DNA from: Bacillota bacterium
GTDB taxonomy: Bacteria > Bacillota > Limnochordia > DTU087 > JAAYGB01
DNA: 64,000 nucleotides
Assembly: GCA_012727955.1 (NCBI GenBank)
Contig: JAAYGB010000053.1
Location: forward strand, 589-64,588
Direction of reading: 5' to 3'
Shown here: one piece after another, positions 37,957 to 47,408 of the stretch
Numbering within the stretch: position 1 is the stretch's first letter
Layout of the letters: every line of letters starts with the position of its first letter
Notes under the pieces: model-generated
Databases searched by the model: none
Told to the model about the DNA's origin: nothing
The model's input: the letters and a program-made list of their open reading frames with translations, nothing else
Translations under genes and position numbers: made by a program

Positions 37957-38726
37957 GTGTCTCCTACCTCCAAGTCGTGGTCATTGGCATCCACCGCCAG
38001 GCAGTAACCATAGACCTTACTGGCCCCTGACCGCAACAATACCCGAGCAAGTTCATTAATCGTAGCTCCTGTAGTATAAATGTCATCGACAAGCAGTATA
38101 GTCTTACCACGAATCAGGGTCGGTTCAAACACTGCAAAGGCCTGCTTGACATTGTTTCGCCGTTGACCACCACTTAATCCTGCTTGGGGTCTCGTATCCC
38201 GGATTCTCCCCACCACCTGGGAATACAGCGGCAACCAATTACCGACGGCTATGCGTTCTGCCAAGAGTTCAGCTTGATTATACCCCCGCTGCCGCAAGCG
38301 CTGAGGATATAAAGGGACAGGGATCACACAGTCTACAGGGAATTGGTGGTCAGCTAGTCGCAGAGCCATGAGCTCTCCTAAAGCATAGGCCAATTCCCAC
38401 TGCCCCAAATACCTCATGGCATGCAACCAGTCTCGGACTGGATCATCGTAAAGGCACAGGGCGCGAACTTGAGCATAATAGCGCGGCCAAGCCCCTTGAC
38501 AATGATAACACAGTCGTCGCTCTTGCACCGGGCGTCCGCACCGATGGCAATAACTGGTGCCTACTAAGGGTATCTGGAGAAAGCACTTGCGGCAAAGGAA
38601 CACTGTCACCAACGGGGGTAAAGCTTTTCCACAAACCAAGCAGCGATCCTGGGGAAGCCGAAGCTCATCCCACCACTGCCTGAGTGCCGTCAACCATCTC
38701 TGCCATGGAGACAGAATAACAACCAC
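37953..38726 (-). CDS. comFC: ComF-family phosphoribosyltransferase (ComFC)
   Basis: N-terminal 4-Cys zinc finger (CLVCGK...CRKC...CHRCGRP...CYHC) plus a PRTase motif LLVDDIYTTGAT. GTG start. Confidence 0.8.
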   Translation of the reverse strand: MVVILSPWQRWLTALRQWWDELRLPQDRCLVCGKALPPLVTVFLCRKCFLQIPLVGTSYCHRCGRPVQERRLCYHCQGAWPRYYAQVRALCLYDDPVRDWLHAMRYLGQWELAYALGELMALRLADHQFPVDCVIPVPLYPQRLRQRGYNQAELLAERIAVGNWLPLYSQVVGRIRDTRPQAGLSGGQRRNNVKQAFAVFEPTLIRGKTILLVDDIYTTGATINELARVLLRSGASKVYGYCLAVDANDHDLEVGDT

Positions 38727-38787
38727 CCTCCCACCTCTGCCAGAGACACATTCTGTGCCCTTCGGCGATGGCTGGAGTGTGGCAGGT

Positions 38788-39051
38788 TCACTGCAACTGA
38801 TCGGCCGGAGCGGTCTCTATCCTTACCTTAATCACGTGGGCCATGGGGAACATGCGAATCAAGTCCTCGCCCGGTCCCGTTACGAACATCATCTGGTCAT
38901 CGAATCGCAGCAATTTGACTCCGGCGGGCATCCCCTTTAGCTCCTTGGCCACTTCGAACTCCACGGCGCTAACATGACCTGCGTTTTCCGCTTCCAAGAA
39001 ACGAAGCAAGTGTCGGGAAATATCTCTGCGCTCAAACCGAAGAACAAACAT
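38788..39051 (-). CDS. hypothetical 87-aa protein occupying the comFB position
   Basis: Strong GGGAAGGAGGG RBS 7 nt before the ATG. No Cys residues; no family recognised. Confidence 0.5.
   Translation of the reverse strand: MFVLRFERRDISRHLLRFLEAENAGHVSAVEFEVAKELKGMPAGVKLLRFDDQMMFVTGPGEDLIRMFPMAHVIKVRIETAPADQLQ
38798..38826 (-). promoter_or_regulatory. possible sigma-28-like promoter for comFC-yvyF-flgM..., located inside the 3' end of the 87-aa gene
   Basis: The minus strand reads TAAG-N16-GCCGATCA. Confidence 0.3.
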
Positions 39052-39079
39052 GGGGCAGCCCTCCTTCCCTCGAGGTAGG

Positions 39080-39165
39080 AGTACGTTGGGTTCGCCCTAT
39101 ACTTCTGATCGCAATGACTATTCCCTGCAAACTGGTCAAATCCTTCAAACTTGACCAAAGACCTA
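39080..39165 (-). promoter_or_regulatory. operator-like repeats upstream of the 87-aa gene
   Basis: Perfect inverted repeat TGGTCAA-N11-TTGACCA next to a perfect direct repeat AACTAGGTC-N5-AACTAGGTC (minus strand). Confidence 0.35.
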
Positions 39166-39176
39166 GTTCAAAGGAC

Positions 39177-40127
39177 CTAGTTAGCGCCCTCGATTTCAAC
39201 CTGAGGAAGCAGCTCTTCGATTAGATCTCGACTGCCGGGTTCCGTCCCCTCGGTGGTGGCCGTAGCGCTGCCGCAGGCAGTTCCCCACCGGGCCACATCG
39301 GCCAGGGAATAGCCTTGCCAGATCCCATACACGGTGCCAGCAACCAACGCATCGCCACAACCTACGGTGGACCGCACCGTCACCGCGGGCGGTCGGGCGA
39401 GAAGACTTTCCGTGGCTTGACAATACAGCGCACCCTGGGACCCCAGGGATACTACCACCAAGGAAACACCCTCATTCAGGATCTCGCGGGCTGCCCCTTC
39501 CACCTCTTCCAGGGTCTCTAACCTGTGACCCACTAGATCGCTTAACTCTTCCAAATTAGGTTTAATCACGTCGGGAGCCGCCTTGATACCCTCTGCCAAG
39601 TAGTCTCCGCTGGTATCTAGTACCGTGTACCAACCCCGCTCCTTCATCAGGGAAATTAGCTGGACGTAGACATCCTTAGGCAGCCCCCGGGGCGGATTGC
39701 CGGCGAACACAATGATGTCCCGCTGCTTTTTCTCTACTGATGAGGTGCCCAGGGATTGCAGCAACTCCACCAACTGGGCCCATTCGTCGGAGGTAATCTG
39801 GGGACCGGGTTCGTTCAATTCCGTGGTTTCGCCTGACTGCAGATCCCTCACCTTGATGTTCATCCGGGTCTCTTCCTGAACCTCGACCCAGGCTCCACCA
39901 ATCCCCTTGGCGGCCAGCACCGCCTTGATCCACCGGCCGGAGTCTCCGCCAAGGAAACCCAGGGCGGTGGTCTCGGCTCCCAGTTCTCTTAAGGTCAAAG
40001 ATACGTTAATTCCCTTGCCACTGGCGTTATCGATCCGTTGCCGGACTCGGTTTAGCTCTCCGGGACGAAGGGATGGCAATAACAGAGTACGATCCACTGC
40101 GGGATTAAGGGTTACTGTATAAATCAT
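39177..40127 (-). CDS. PfkB-family sugar kinase (1-phosphofructokinase/tagatose-6-phosphate kinase-like)
   Basis: MIYTVTLNPAVDRT N-terminus typical of FruK/LacC, and a C-terminal GAGD-type motif (VGCGDALVAG). Confidence 0.8.
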   Translation of the reverse strand: MIYTVTLNPAVDRTLLLPSLRPGELNRVRQRIDNASGKGINVSLTLRELGAETTALGFLGGDSGRWIKAVLAAKGIGGAWVEVQEETRMNIKVRDLQSGETTELNEPGPQITSDEWAQLVELLQSLGTSSVEKKQRDIIVFAGNPPRGLPKDVYVQLISLMKERGWYTVLDTSGDYLAEGIKAAPDVIKPNLEELSDLVGHRLETLEEVEGAAREILNEGVSLVVVSLGSQGALYCQATESLLARPPAVTVRSTVGCGDALVAGTVYGIWQGYSLADVARWGTACGSATATTEGTEPGSRDLIEELLPQVEIEGAN

Positions 40128-40275
40128 AGGAATTGGACCAAAGGGTCCGACACCTCCTTGGCGATTTTCTCCTCCTTGATCTTTCCCAACAGATTCTTTT
40201 CCTTCCTGCCCAGACTACACTTAAGCAGGAAGAACCGCCGCGATCCGGAAGAAACATGCAAGAGGAGGGTTGCTT

Positions 40276-41802
40276 ATGGCACTGTTAGTTGGGATCGACG
40301 TTGGGACAGGAGGAGTCAAGACGATTGCCGTTGACGAATCGGGCCAGATTTGCGCCCGCTCCTTTCGCGAATATCCCCTCAGTCAGCCCAAGCCTGGTTG
40401 GACTGAGCAAGATCCCGAGGACTGGTGGCAAGCGACGCTAGAGACTTTACAGGATGTCGCCGGCCAACTGGGAAGTAGAGCTAGCGAAATCAAAGGAATC
40501 GGCCTTTCGGGGCAGATGCACAGTTCGGTGTTCCTCGACGGGAACAGACAGGTAATCCGACCAGCCATTTTGTGGAATGATGGGCGCACTGCCCGCCAGT
40601 GTCGGTGGATTACCCAAGAGGTGGGCCAAGCCCAGCTGATTAGCCACACCGCCAACAAGGCCTTGGAAGGTTTTACCGCGCCCAAAGTTATCTGGCTGCG
40701 GGAAGAGGAACCGGAGAATTACGCCAGGGTTCGGTGGCTAATGCTGCCCAAGGACTACGTACGGATGCGGTTAACGGGAGAGATCTACACAGAGGTCTCC
40801 GATGCCGCGGGCACTTTGCTTTTCGACGTTGCCAACCGTCGCTGGTCGGAGGCAGTCCTATCCCGCCTAAATATTGATCCAAACATTCTACCGGAGGTCA
40901 AGGAATCCGGCGATTGCTGTGGCTATCTGACCCAAGAAGTAGCCGCCCGCACAGGCCTACCCGCGGGCATCGCCGTAGCCGGCGGGGGCGCGGATAACGC
41001 CTGTGGTGCCGTGGGAGCCGGCATTGTCAAAACAGGAAGAGCTCTCTCTAGTATCGGTACATCGGGAGTAGTCCTGGTGCAGACCGACAATCCCAATCCC
41101 GATCCTGAAGCCAAGGTTCATACCTTCAACCATGGAATTGCCCACCGGTGGTACAACATGGGAGTCAGCTTGTCCGCGGGGCTATCCCTCAAATGGTTTC
41201 GGGACAACCTCGGTCACCTGGAAAAACAAGTGGAGGCATTGTCGGGCTATGATGCCTATGACCTGTTAACGGCCCAGGCCGAAGACATCCCTCCCGGCGC
41301 TGAGGGCCTCCTGTTCCTTCCCTACTTAACGGGAGAAAGAACACCCCACGGAGACGCCAATGCCAGAGGCGTGCTGTGTGGACTAAGCCCCAGACATACC
41401 AAGGGCCATATCGTTAGGGCCATTTTGGAAGGCGTTGTCTTTGCGCTGCGGGATTCTCTAGAGATTATTAAGGAGCTGGGGACCACCGTCGACGAAATTC
41501 GGGCCATCGGCGGAGGGGCCAAGAGCAGACTGTGGAGCCAAATTCAGGCCGACGTGATGAACGTGAAGATCGCCACCCTCAACGTGGACGAAGGGCCTGC
41601 CTTCGGTGCCGCGTTACTGGCCGGCGTCGCCGCCGGGGTCCATGCTTCTGTGGCTGAGGCAGCGGAGGCGTCCATCACCACTACCGCAATCATTACTCCC
41701 AATCCAGAGGCCGTGGCCGTCTATGAAGCTTACTACCGGGAATATCGTGCATTGTACCCAGTCCTCAGGGACTCCTTTGCCCGCATGGCGCAGCTATCCT
41801 AA
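40276..41802 (+). CDS. xylB: FGGY-family carbohydrate kinase, xylulokinase-like
   Basis: MALLVGIDVGTGGVKT...GWTEQDPEDWW pattern. The ATG lies 6 nt after a GAGGAGGG RBS. Length 508 aa. Confidence 0.75.
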   Translation: MALLVGIDVGTGGVKTIAVDESGQICARSFREYPLSQPKPGWTEQDPEDWWQATLETLQDVAGQLGSRASEIKGIGLSGQMHSSVFLDGNRQVIRPAILWNDGRTARQCRWITQEVGQAQLISHTANKALEGFTAPKVIWLREEEPENYARVRWLMLPKDYVRMRLTGEIYTEVSDAAGTLLFDVANRRWSEAVLSRLNIDPNILPEVKESGDCCGYLTQEVAARTGLPAGIAVAGGGADNACGAVGAGIVKTGRALSSIGTSGVVLVQTDNPNPDPEAKVHTFNHGIAHRWYNMGVSLSAGLSLKWFRDNLGHLEKQVEALSGYDAYDLLTAQAEDIPPGAEGLLFLPYLTGERTPHGDANARGVLCGLSPRHTKGHIVRAILEGVVFALRDSLEIIKELGTTVDEIRAIGGGAKSRLWSQIQADVMNVKIATLNVDEGPAFGAALLAGVAAGVHASVAEAAEASITTTAIITPNPEAVAVYEAYYREYRALYPVLRDSFARMAQLS

Positions 41803-41819
41803 TCAACAGAAAAGAATAC

Positions 41820-41862
41820 AGGACAGAGATAGGCACCCTTTGCCCCTTCTCTGTCCTTGCTG
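41820..41862. terminator. hairpin between convergent xylB and pilZ genes
   Basis: AGGACAGAG...CTCTGTCCT with TTGCTG after it. Confidence 0.4.
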
Positions 41863-41863
41863 A

Positions 41864-42523
41864 TCATACTAACCCGCGAGCTCTGCGTTTTCTCTGCTCC
41901 TCGAACAAGAATCCGACGATGAGGTCCTGTTCCTGTGTGCTGATATCCTCGAAGGCAACGGCGCCCCGGGCAATTCCTCCGGAGAAATTGCCGGTCAGTT
42001 CCGTGCGCACTACCCTTCCCGTCAATCGCAACAAATGCTTACCGGACAGCGGCAAAGCGATGGCCAAAGCAGGCACGGAATTCCAGAGATTGGCATCGAT
42101 GGCCAACAACATTCCGCTACCACTTAGATCCACAACGGTGGCATCGAGCCACTCCTCTTCCACCTCCGCGGACTCCACGGGAGCGATTTGGACCGGCAGG
42201 TTTACCTCCAGTCGGAAAAACTCCCGAAGGTTGACGGGTATCAATTCCCTGGGTTTCTCCAATTCCCAGTAGGGAATTTTGCCAATGCTGGTTCGCAGCA
42301 GTTTCCCTGTAAAACTGTAGCGACTGCCCTCACTGAGAATGTACCCTGTGATTCTCGTTCCCACTGGAGTATAGACCAAATTACCTTGCTGCATAGGAGC
42401 AGCTACTGTAACGGTGTCGGCCCCGATGTCCTCAATGCGACTGAGATAGCGGCGTTTTTCGGCTCCCAGCCAGGTGAGCTCTATCCTTTGATTCACATAG
42501 AAAATCTTGTCAAATAGCCGCAA
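41864..42523 (-). CDS. PilZ-domain c-di-GMP-binding protein (YcgR/MotI-like flagellar brake candidate)
   Basis: RxxxR motif (LREFFR) and D/NxSxxG motif (DLSGSG) spaced as in PilZ domains, with an N-terminal YcgR-N-like domain. TTG start after a GAGGGGGG RBS. Confidence 0.7.
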   Translation of the reverse strand: MRLFDKIFYVNQRIELTWLGAEKRRYLSRIEDIGADTVTVAAPMQQGNLVYTPVGTRITGYILSEGSRYSFTGKLLRTSIGKIPYWELEKPRELIPVNLREFFRLEVNLPVQIAPVESAEVEEEWLDATVVDLSGSGMLLAIDANLWNSVPALAIALPLSGKHLLRLTGRVVRTELTGNFSGGIARGAVAFEDISTQEQDLIVGFLFEEQRKRRARGLV

Positions 42524-42804
42524 CCGCTACCCCCCTCTTCTGTTAACGACATAAAATCTTGGTCGCGGATCAACTCTGCCTCTCCCTCTACCTTGCCAAT
42601 TTCCTGGGGACGTTGGGATCTCGACGCCGGCATCGGCCGCCAAAGCCCATCCGGTGGCGATACAATTTCCCTTCTCTGGGAAATCCTTCGCTTTGATTGC
42701 AGAAAACCCCTTGTTTCTCCATCAAGCACTCCTGCGTAATCCCAGAAATTGACAACCCCGATGGTTGTAGGATTTGTTCGGTGTTGCTTGGGTAATCTCC
42801 TTGT

Positions 42805-44667
42805 TTAGCGAACCCAGGATGAGAGTGCTCCTTGGCTCCGGGCATTGGCCTCCCGGATCATTGCCGCAGCTGCCGTCATGGCTTTAGTTTCTTTGGCAGC
42901 CAGGAACCAGACCTCTCCCGAGGGTTGCTCAGGAGTTCTCCCCACTCGGCCGGCAATTTGTACTAGGGTGGCACAGGAAAAGATTGTTTCGGTATCGGCC
43001 TGGGCTACGATCACGTTCACCCCTGGAATCGTTATCCCCCTGGACAAAAGGGTGGTGGTAACCAAAGCATCGAGTTGGCCGCTCCGCAGTCCTTCCAGTA
43101 GTTTCCGGTTTTCTTGTTTTCCGGCATGAACGAGATCCAGCCGCAAGTCGGGCCAGCGCTGCTGCAAATACCGCGTCAAGGTTTTACCTGCGACCACCGT
43201 AGGAACAAAAATCAGTAAAGGAGATAGTTCCCTGCGCAGAATGCGTTCCTCTAATTCCGGGGGAAACAGCTGGGGACTACCCACCGAACTTTGCCGCCCA
43301 TTTCCCTGGAGCCACACCTGGGGTACCGGTAGGGGTTGTCCATGATGGCGTTGGTGGATTACCACCATGGCCCACTTTCCCTGATGCACCTGCTGCCAGT
43401 GGTACTCACTGGGGGTGGCTGTCATGGTTATCCCTTGGGCGCCTGGGGCAAAACACCGGCTCAAGGCCCGGGCCAGCATGGGATCACCTTGATAGGGAAA
43501 GGCATCGGCTTCATCTAAAACCACCAAATCGAAAACCGCCGCAAACCGCAGGGTCTGATGGGTGGTAGCCACAACGATCTGTCCCAGGGGACCTACCTGG
43601 GATTGCCCTCCCACCAGCAGGGAAACCCGACGCTGGGGAAAGGCCCGGCGAATTCTGTCCACCAGCTCCAAAACCACCTCCCGCCGGGGCACTGCAAAGA
43701 GCACCCGCTTGCCCTGGCTTAAGGTGGCAGCTATCGCGCCAAAACAGGCCTCGGTCTTCCCGGCCCCACACACCGCCCACACTAAGCAGTTATCTGGGGC
43801 TCCAGGCTCGGTGACAAATCTAACCAAGTCGTCATAGGCCGCGGCCTGGGGTCCCGTTAGGGTAAAGGCCAGAACTGGCTCCTTGCCACCCTTCTCCTCG
43901 TTCCCCGAAGCCCAGCTCCGCTGCGCTGCCCTCCCCGAAGGCAACCGGGAAAAGTCGTAGAGGGGTCGACAGGCACAGACCTGGCCCAAGTTGACACAGG
44001 CTCGACACCGGCGACAACCAACGGCTCCACAGGTGGGACACCGGCCTGGACTAACAACTAAGTCCGTGGTGGACCCACAGCGGCTGCACTGCCACTGTAC
44101 CCCAGGGGATAGCATTACCCCTGGCTCCTGCCTCACCAATCCCAGCAATCCCGCCAGCTCCAAGAGATAGGGCACCGGCAAGGAAGTATCAATCCCCTGC
44201 CGGCGGATCTGGCCGAGGGCTTCATCCTCTAACAGGCGCCGACCATAAAGGAGACTAACTAATCCTTCCACCTCAGCCGCAAGGTCTTCACCGGTAGGGA
44301 CACCCGTGGTGTCCCAGTCCCCAGCCGCGATGGAAGGGAGTCTTCCCGGCCAAGATCCCGCAGACACCGAGGCCTTCAGGCCCAAGACTCGCAGGGACGC
44401 CTTGGCCTCTCGGCGCAGCCACCTGGACAACCTCCAGTGACTCCTTCGCCGAGAATTTCGGTATCCTGCCTGCTGTAAATGGGCCATCAAATTCCACACC
44501 GCCCACATCGGCAGCGGTCCCGCGACCATCAGAGGCTTTGGTGAGTGCCCGGACTTCCTGGCGAGCATCCCTTGGAAAATCTCCCATACCAGCGGTGTCC
44601 GCACCGGATGCCACAAAAGGCTGTCGTTGCAATCTAAGGACACATAGAGGTAATAAAGTTGAGACAC
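42805..44667 (-). CDS. comFA: competence helicase ComFA (zinc-finger + DEAD-box helicase)
   Basis: CSRCGS...CPTCG zinc finger, Walker A CGAGKTE, DEAD box (VLDEADAF) and a helicase C-terminal domain. GTG start after GGGGAGGGAG. Confidence 0.8.
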   Translation of the reverse strand: MSQLYYLYVSLDCNDSLLWHPVRTPLVWEIFQGMLARKSGHSPKPLMVAGPLPMWAVWNLMAHLQQAGYRNSRRRSHWRLSRWLRREAKASLRVLGLKASVSAGSWPGRLPSIAAGDWDTTGVPTGEDLAAEVEGLVSLLYGRRLLEDEALGQIRRQGIDTSLPVPYLLELAGLLGLVRQEPGVMLSPGVQWQCSRCGSTTDLVVSPGRCPTCGAVGCRRCRACVNLGQVCACRPLYDFSRLPSGRAAQRSWASGNEEKGGKEPVLAFTLTGPQAAAYDDLVRFVTEPGAPDNCLVWAVCGAGKTEACFGAIAATLSQGKRVLFAVPRREVVLELVDRIRRAFPQRRVSLLVGGQSQVGPLGQIVVATTHQTLRFAAVFDLVVLDEADAFPYQGDPMLARALSRCFAPGAQGITMTATPSEYHWQQVHQGKWAMVVIHQRHHGQPLPVPQVWLQGNGRQSSVGSPQLFPPELEERILRRELSPLLIFVPTVVAGKTLTRYLQQRWPDLRLDLVHAGKQENRKLLEGLRSGQLDALVTTTLLSRGITIPGVNVIVAQADTETIFSCATLVQIAGRVGRTPEQPSGEVWFLAAKETKAMTAAAAMIREANARSQGALSSWVR

Positions 44668-44711
44668 AGGACTCCCTCCCCACCAGTTGTGAGAAGGGCA
44701 TGGCTGAAGGC

Positions 44712-46919
44712 TTACTCTGCTAGCATAGCTGCCTTGATTCTCAGGTCAAGGCCGGAGTAACGGCGGGATTCATCAACGTTGCCGATAAAGGACCGCAGGG
44801 CCCGCTGGGAACCCACTAAGACCACCAGCCCCTTGGCCCGGGTCACTGCCGTGTACAGCAGATTGCGGGTTCGCAGGGTCGGTGCCACAAAGGTAATGGG
44901 CATCACCACCGCTGGGTACTCGCTTCCTTGGCTTTTGTGCACCGAGATGGCATAGGACAGGGACAGCTGATCTAGCTCTACCCGGTCGTAGACAACTTCT
45001 CGCAGGTCATCGCCATCGGGAAAGGCCACCGTCAGCTCTCCCTCTTCCTCCGATAGGGCGATGACAGTACCGACGTCACCGTTGAAGACTCCCTTTTCAT
45101 ACTCGTTTCTTAACTGCATCACTTTATCCTTGATACGAAAACTCGTCTCGCCATACTGCAGTTGTGCCTGTCCGGGGCCCAAGGGATTGATCACCCCTTG
45201 CAATCGCTGATTCAGCGCTTCCGTTCCGATGACACTGCGGCGGGTGGGAGTCAAGACCTGGATATCCTCCATAGGGTCCAATCCGTAATAGTTGGGCAAT
45301 CGGGTGGTGACCAGCTCCGCAATGGTGTCGGCTGCCCTTTCCCCATCCTCGGCATCGATCCAAAAAAAGTCACCATCGAACTGATTGAGCCGGGGATATT
45401 CCCCTTGATTAATCCGGTGGGCATTGGTCACAATCAGGCTGGTCGCAGCTTGGCGATAGACCTCCGTCAATCGGGCCACAACCACAGAATTGCTGTTAAT
45501 CAGATCCTTTAGCACTTGACCGGCACCAACGGGAGGTAACTGATCCACATCCCCCACCAGCACCAGCTTGGTTCCCGGCTGCAGGGCCTTCAAGAGATGA
45601 TTGAATAGGATGATGTCCAACATCGAGGCCTCATCGACGATCACCGCATCGGCGGCTAGGGGATCGGACTCGTTTTTTTGAAAACCCATCGTCCCCCCTT
45701 CTGACACTCCAAACTCCAGCAACCGGTGGATGGTCTTGGCCGGACGGGAGGTGGCCTCGCTCAGGCGCTTTGCTGCCCTTCCCGTGGGAGCCGCGAGCAG
45801 GCACCGTTGGCCCTGATGCTCCAGCATTTGCAGTAGAACCTTAACGATTGTGGTCTTACCGGTACCGGGGCCCCCGGTGATCACCACTACCTGTCCCAGC
45901 AAAGCAGCTTCCACCGCCCGCCGCTGTCCCGGGGCCAGCGTCAGCCCCGTTTGAGCCTCCACCTCCTGAATTTGCTGGCGAAGATCACCGATGAGAGGAA
46001 GTTGCTGCTCCCTGACATCCCGCAGGAGCTTAACCACCCGCTGAGCAGCCATCCTTTCCGCTCCACAAAAGGCCGGCAGATAAACACACTCCATCTGCTC
46101 CTTGGCATCGGCCAAGGATTCCTGAATCAGCTGCCCCCCTTGGATCTGCTCATCCAGAACTGGATCCAAACTGTCCTCGGGGACGTTGAGAACCGCGGCG
46201 GCCCGTTGGAGCAGCTCCTGTCGGGGCAAGAAGGTGTGGCCTTCGCCGGCACTCTGGGTCAAAGCATACTTCAATCCTGCGGCCAATCTAGCTGGAGCAG
46301 TGGGTGCCAGGCCCTGACTGGCGGCGATTTCATCTGCGGTCTTAAAACCAATACCAAAGACCTCCGACGCCAGCCGATAGGGATCAGCCTTAACTATCCT
46401 GATCGCGTCAGGACCGTACCTTTGATACACCTTGACCGCGATACTGGGTTTTACTCCACATCCTTGCAGAAAGGCCATGATGGCGTGAATATCCCGCTGC
46501 GCCTGCCAGGCCGTGGCAATGGCCTGGGCCTTCTTTTTCCCGATTCCCTCAACTTCCATCAACCGCTCCGGGGCCTGATCGATGATCTCAAGGGTATCGA
46601 CGCCAAAATGGGCGACCAACTTCTGGGCCGTGACGGGCCCGATGCCCTTGATCAACCCGGACCCAAGATACTTTTCAATCCCAGCTATGGATACCGGTAC
46701 CATGGGTTGTGCCTGGCTTACCTGAAACTGGCGCCCATACTCTCTGTGATTAATCCACTCTCCGGTCAATACCAGGTGCTCGCCGACACTAATCGCCGGG
46801 AAATTACCCACCACGGTGGTGACTCCCGGTTTGCCCTCTTCCCGGAATCGGGCTACGGTGTACAGAGTAGCTTCATCGCGGTAGGTGATTCGCTCCACCA
46901 TCCCTCGAATTTCCGTCAT
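44712..46919 (-). CDS. recD2: RecD2-type ATP-dependent DNA helicase
   Basis: N-terminal OB/HhH region, Walker A GGPGTGKTT and a RecD-like C-terminal SH3 fold. The ATG (MTEIRG) follows a GGGGGAGG RBS. Confidence 0.85.
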   Translation of the reverse strand: MTEIRGMVERITYRDEATLYTVARFREEGKPGVTTVVGNFPAISVGEHLVLTGEWINHREYGRQFQVSQAQPMVPVSIAGIEKYLGSGLIKGIGPVTAQKLVAHFGVDTLEIIDQAPERLMEVEGIGKKKAQAIATAWQAQRDIHAIMAFLQGCGVKPSIAVKVYQRYGPDAIRIVKADPYRLASEVFGIGFKTADEIAASQGLAPTAPARLAAGLKYALTQSAGEGHTFLPRQELLQRAAAVLNVPEDSLDPVLDEQIQGGQLIQESLADAKEQMECVYLPAFCGAERMAAQRVVKLLRDVREQQLPLIGDLRQQIQEVEAQTGLTLAPGQRRAVEAALLGQVVVITGGPGTGKTTIVKVLLQMLEHQGQRCLLAAPTGRAAKRLSEATSRPAKTIHRLLEFGVSEGGTMGFQKNESDPLAADAVIVDEASMLDIILFNHLLKALQPGTKLVLVGDVDQLPPVGAGQVLKDLINSNSVVVARLTEVYRQAATSLIVTNAHRINQGEYPRLNQFDGDFFWIDAEDGERAADTIAELVTTRLPNYYGLDPMEDIQVLTPTRRSVIGTEALNQRLQGVINPLGPGQAQLQYGETSFRIKDKVMQLRNEYEKGVFNGDVGTVIALSEEEGELTVAFPDGDDLREVVYDRVELDQLSLSYAISVHKSQGSEYPAVVMPITFVAPTLRTRNLLYTAVTRAKGLVVLVGSQRALRSFIGNVDESRRYSGLDLRIKAAMLAE

Positions 46920-47047
46920 TGCCAACACCTCCCCCTTTGACCGGTAGTGTCAATACTTCCCCGCCTTCCCTGCGGTACCTGCCGTAGGCGCTGTTTGCTA
47001 AAAACAAAACTCGCCACACCGATGGCGAGCACCAAAGTTGGAAGAAT

Positions 47048-47338
47048 TCAATTGACAACTTCCCACGCGAGCCGCTCTCCGACGGCAACTTGCGCCGTAT
47101 TAAGCGGCAGCTCCAGAGCGTATTTGGCCCGCCAGACCACCGGTCCCAATCGGTTGGGACGGATATTCCTGACGCTCCGGAGGACAGTCCCGTCGGCAGC
47201 GAGAAAGACCACGTCAAAGGCAAATTTCATCCCTAGACTGTGAATACCGTTGCATCCCGTGAGCAAAAGACCTTCGCCGGGATTGAGGTGCGAGGTCCCC
47301 AGCAGACCCACTAGACGAGTGAGAAAGGAATCCGCCAA
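47048..47338 (-). CDS. DUF192-domain protein (start uncertain; similarity continues upstream)
   Basis: ADSFLTRLVGLLG...GMKFAFDVVFL matches the DUF192 core (A.T...R.RGLM...GMLF). The same frame upstream (KVWNTTTGELIGDRIR) looks like the conserved first strand but has no ATG/GTG/TTG before the degU stop. Confidence 0.55.
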   Translation of the reverse strand: MADSFLTRLVGLLGTSHLNPGEGLLLTGCNGIHSLGMKFAFDVVFLAADGTVLRSVRNIRPNRLGPVVWRAKYALELPLNTAQVAVGERLAWEVVN

Positions 47339-47408
47339 CCTAATCCGATCTCCAATCAGCTCTCCAGTAGTAGTGTTCCATACCTTGACAAAGGTTTGGG
47401 ACCTGGCC

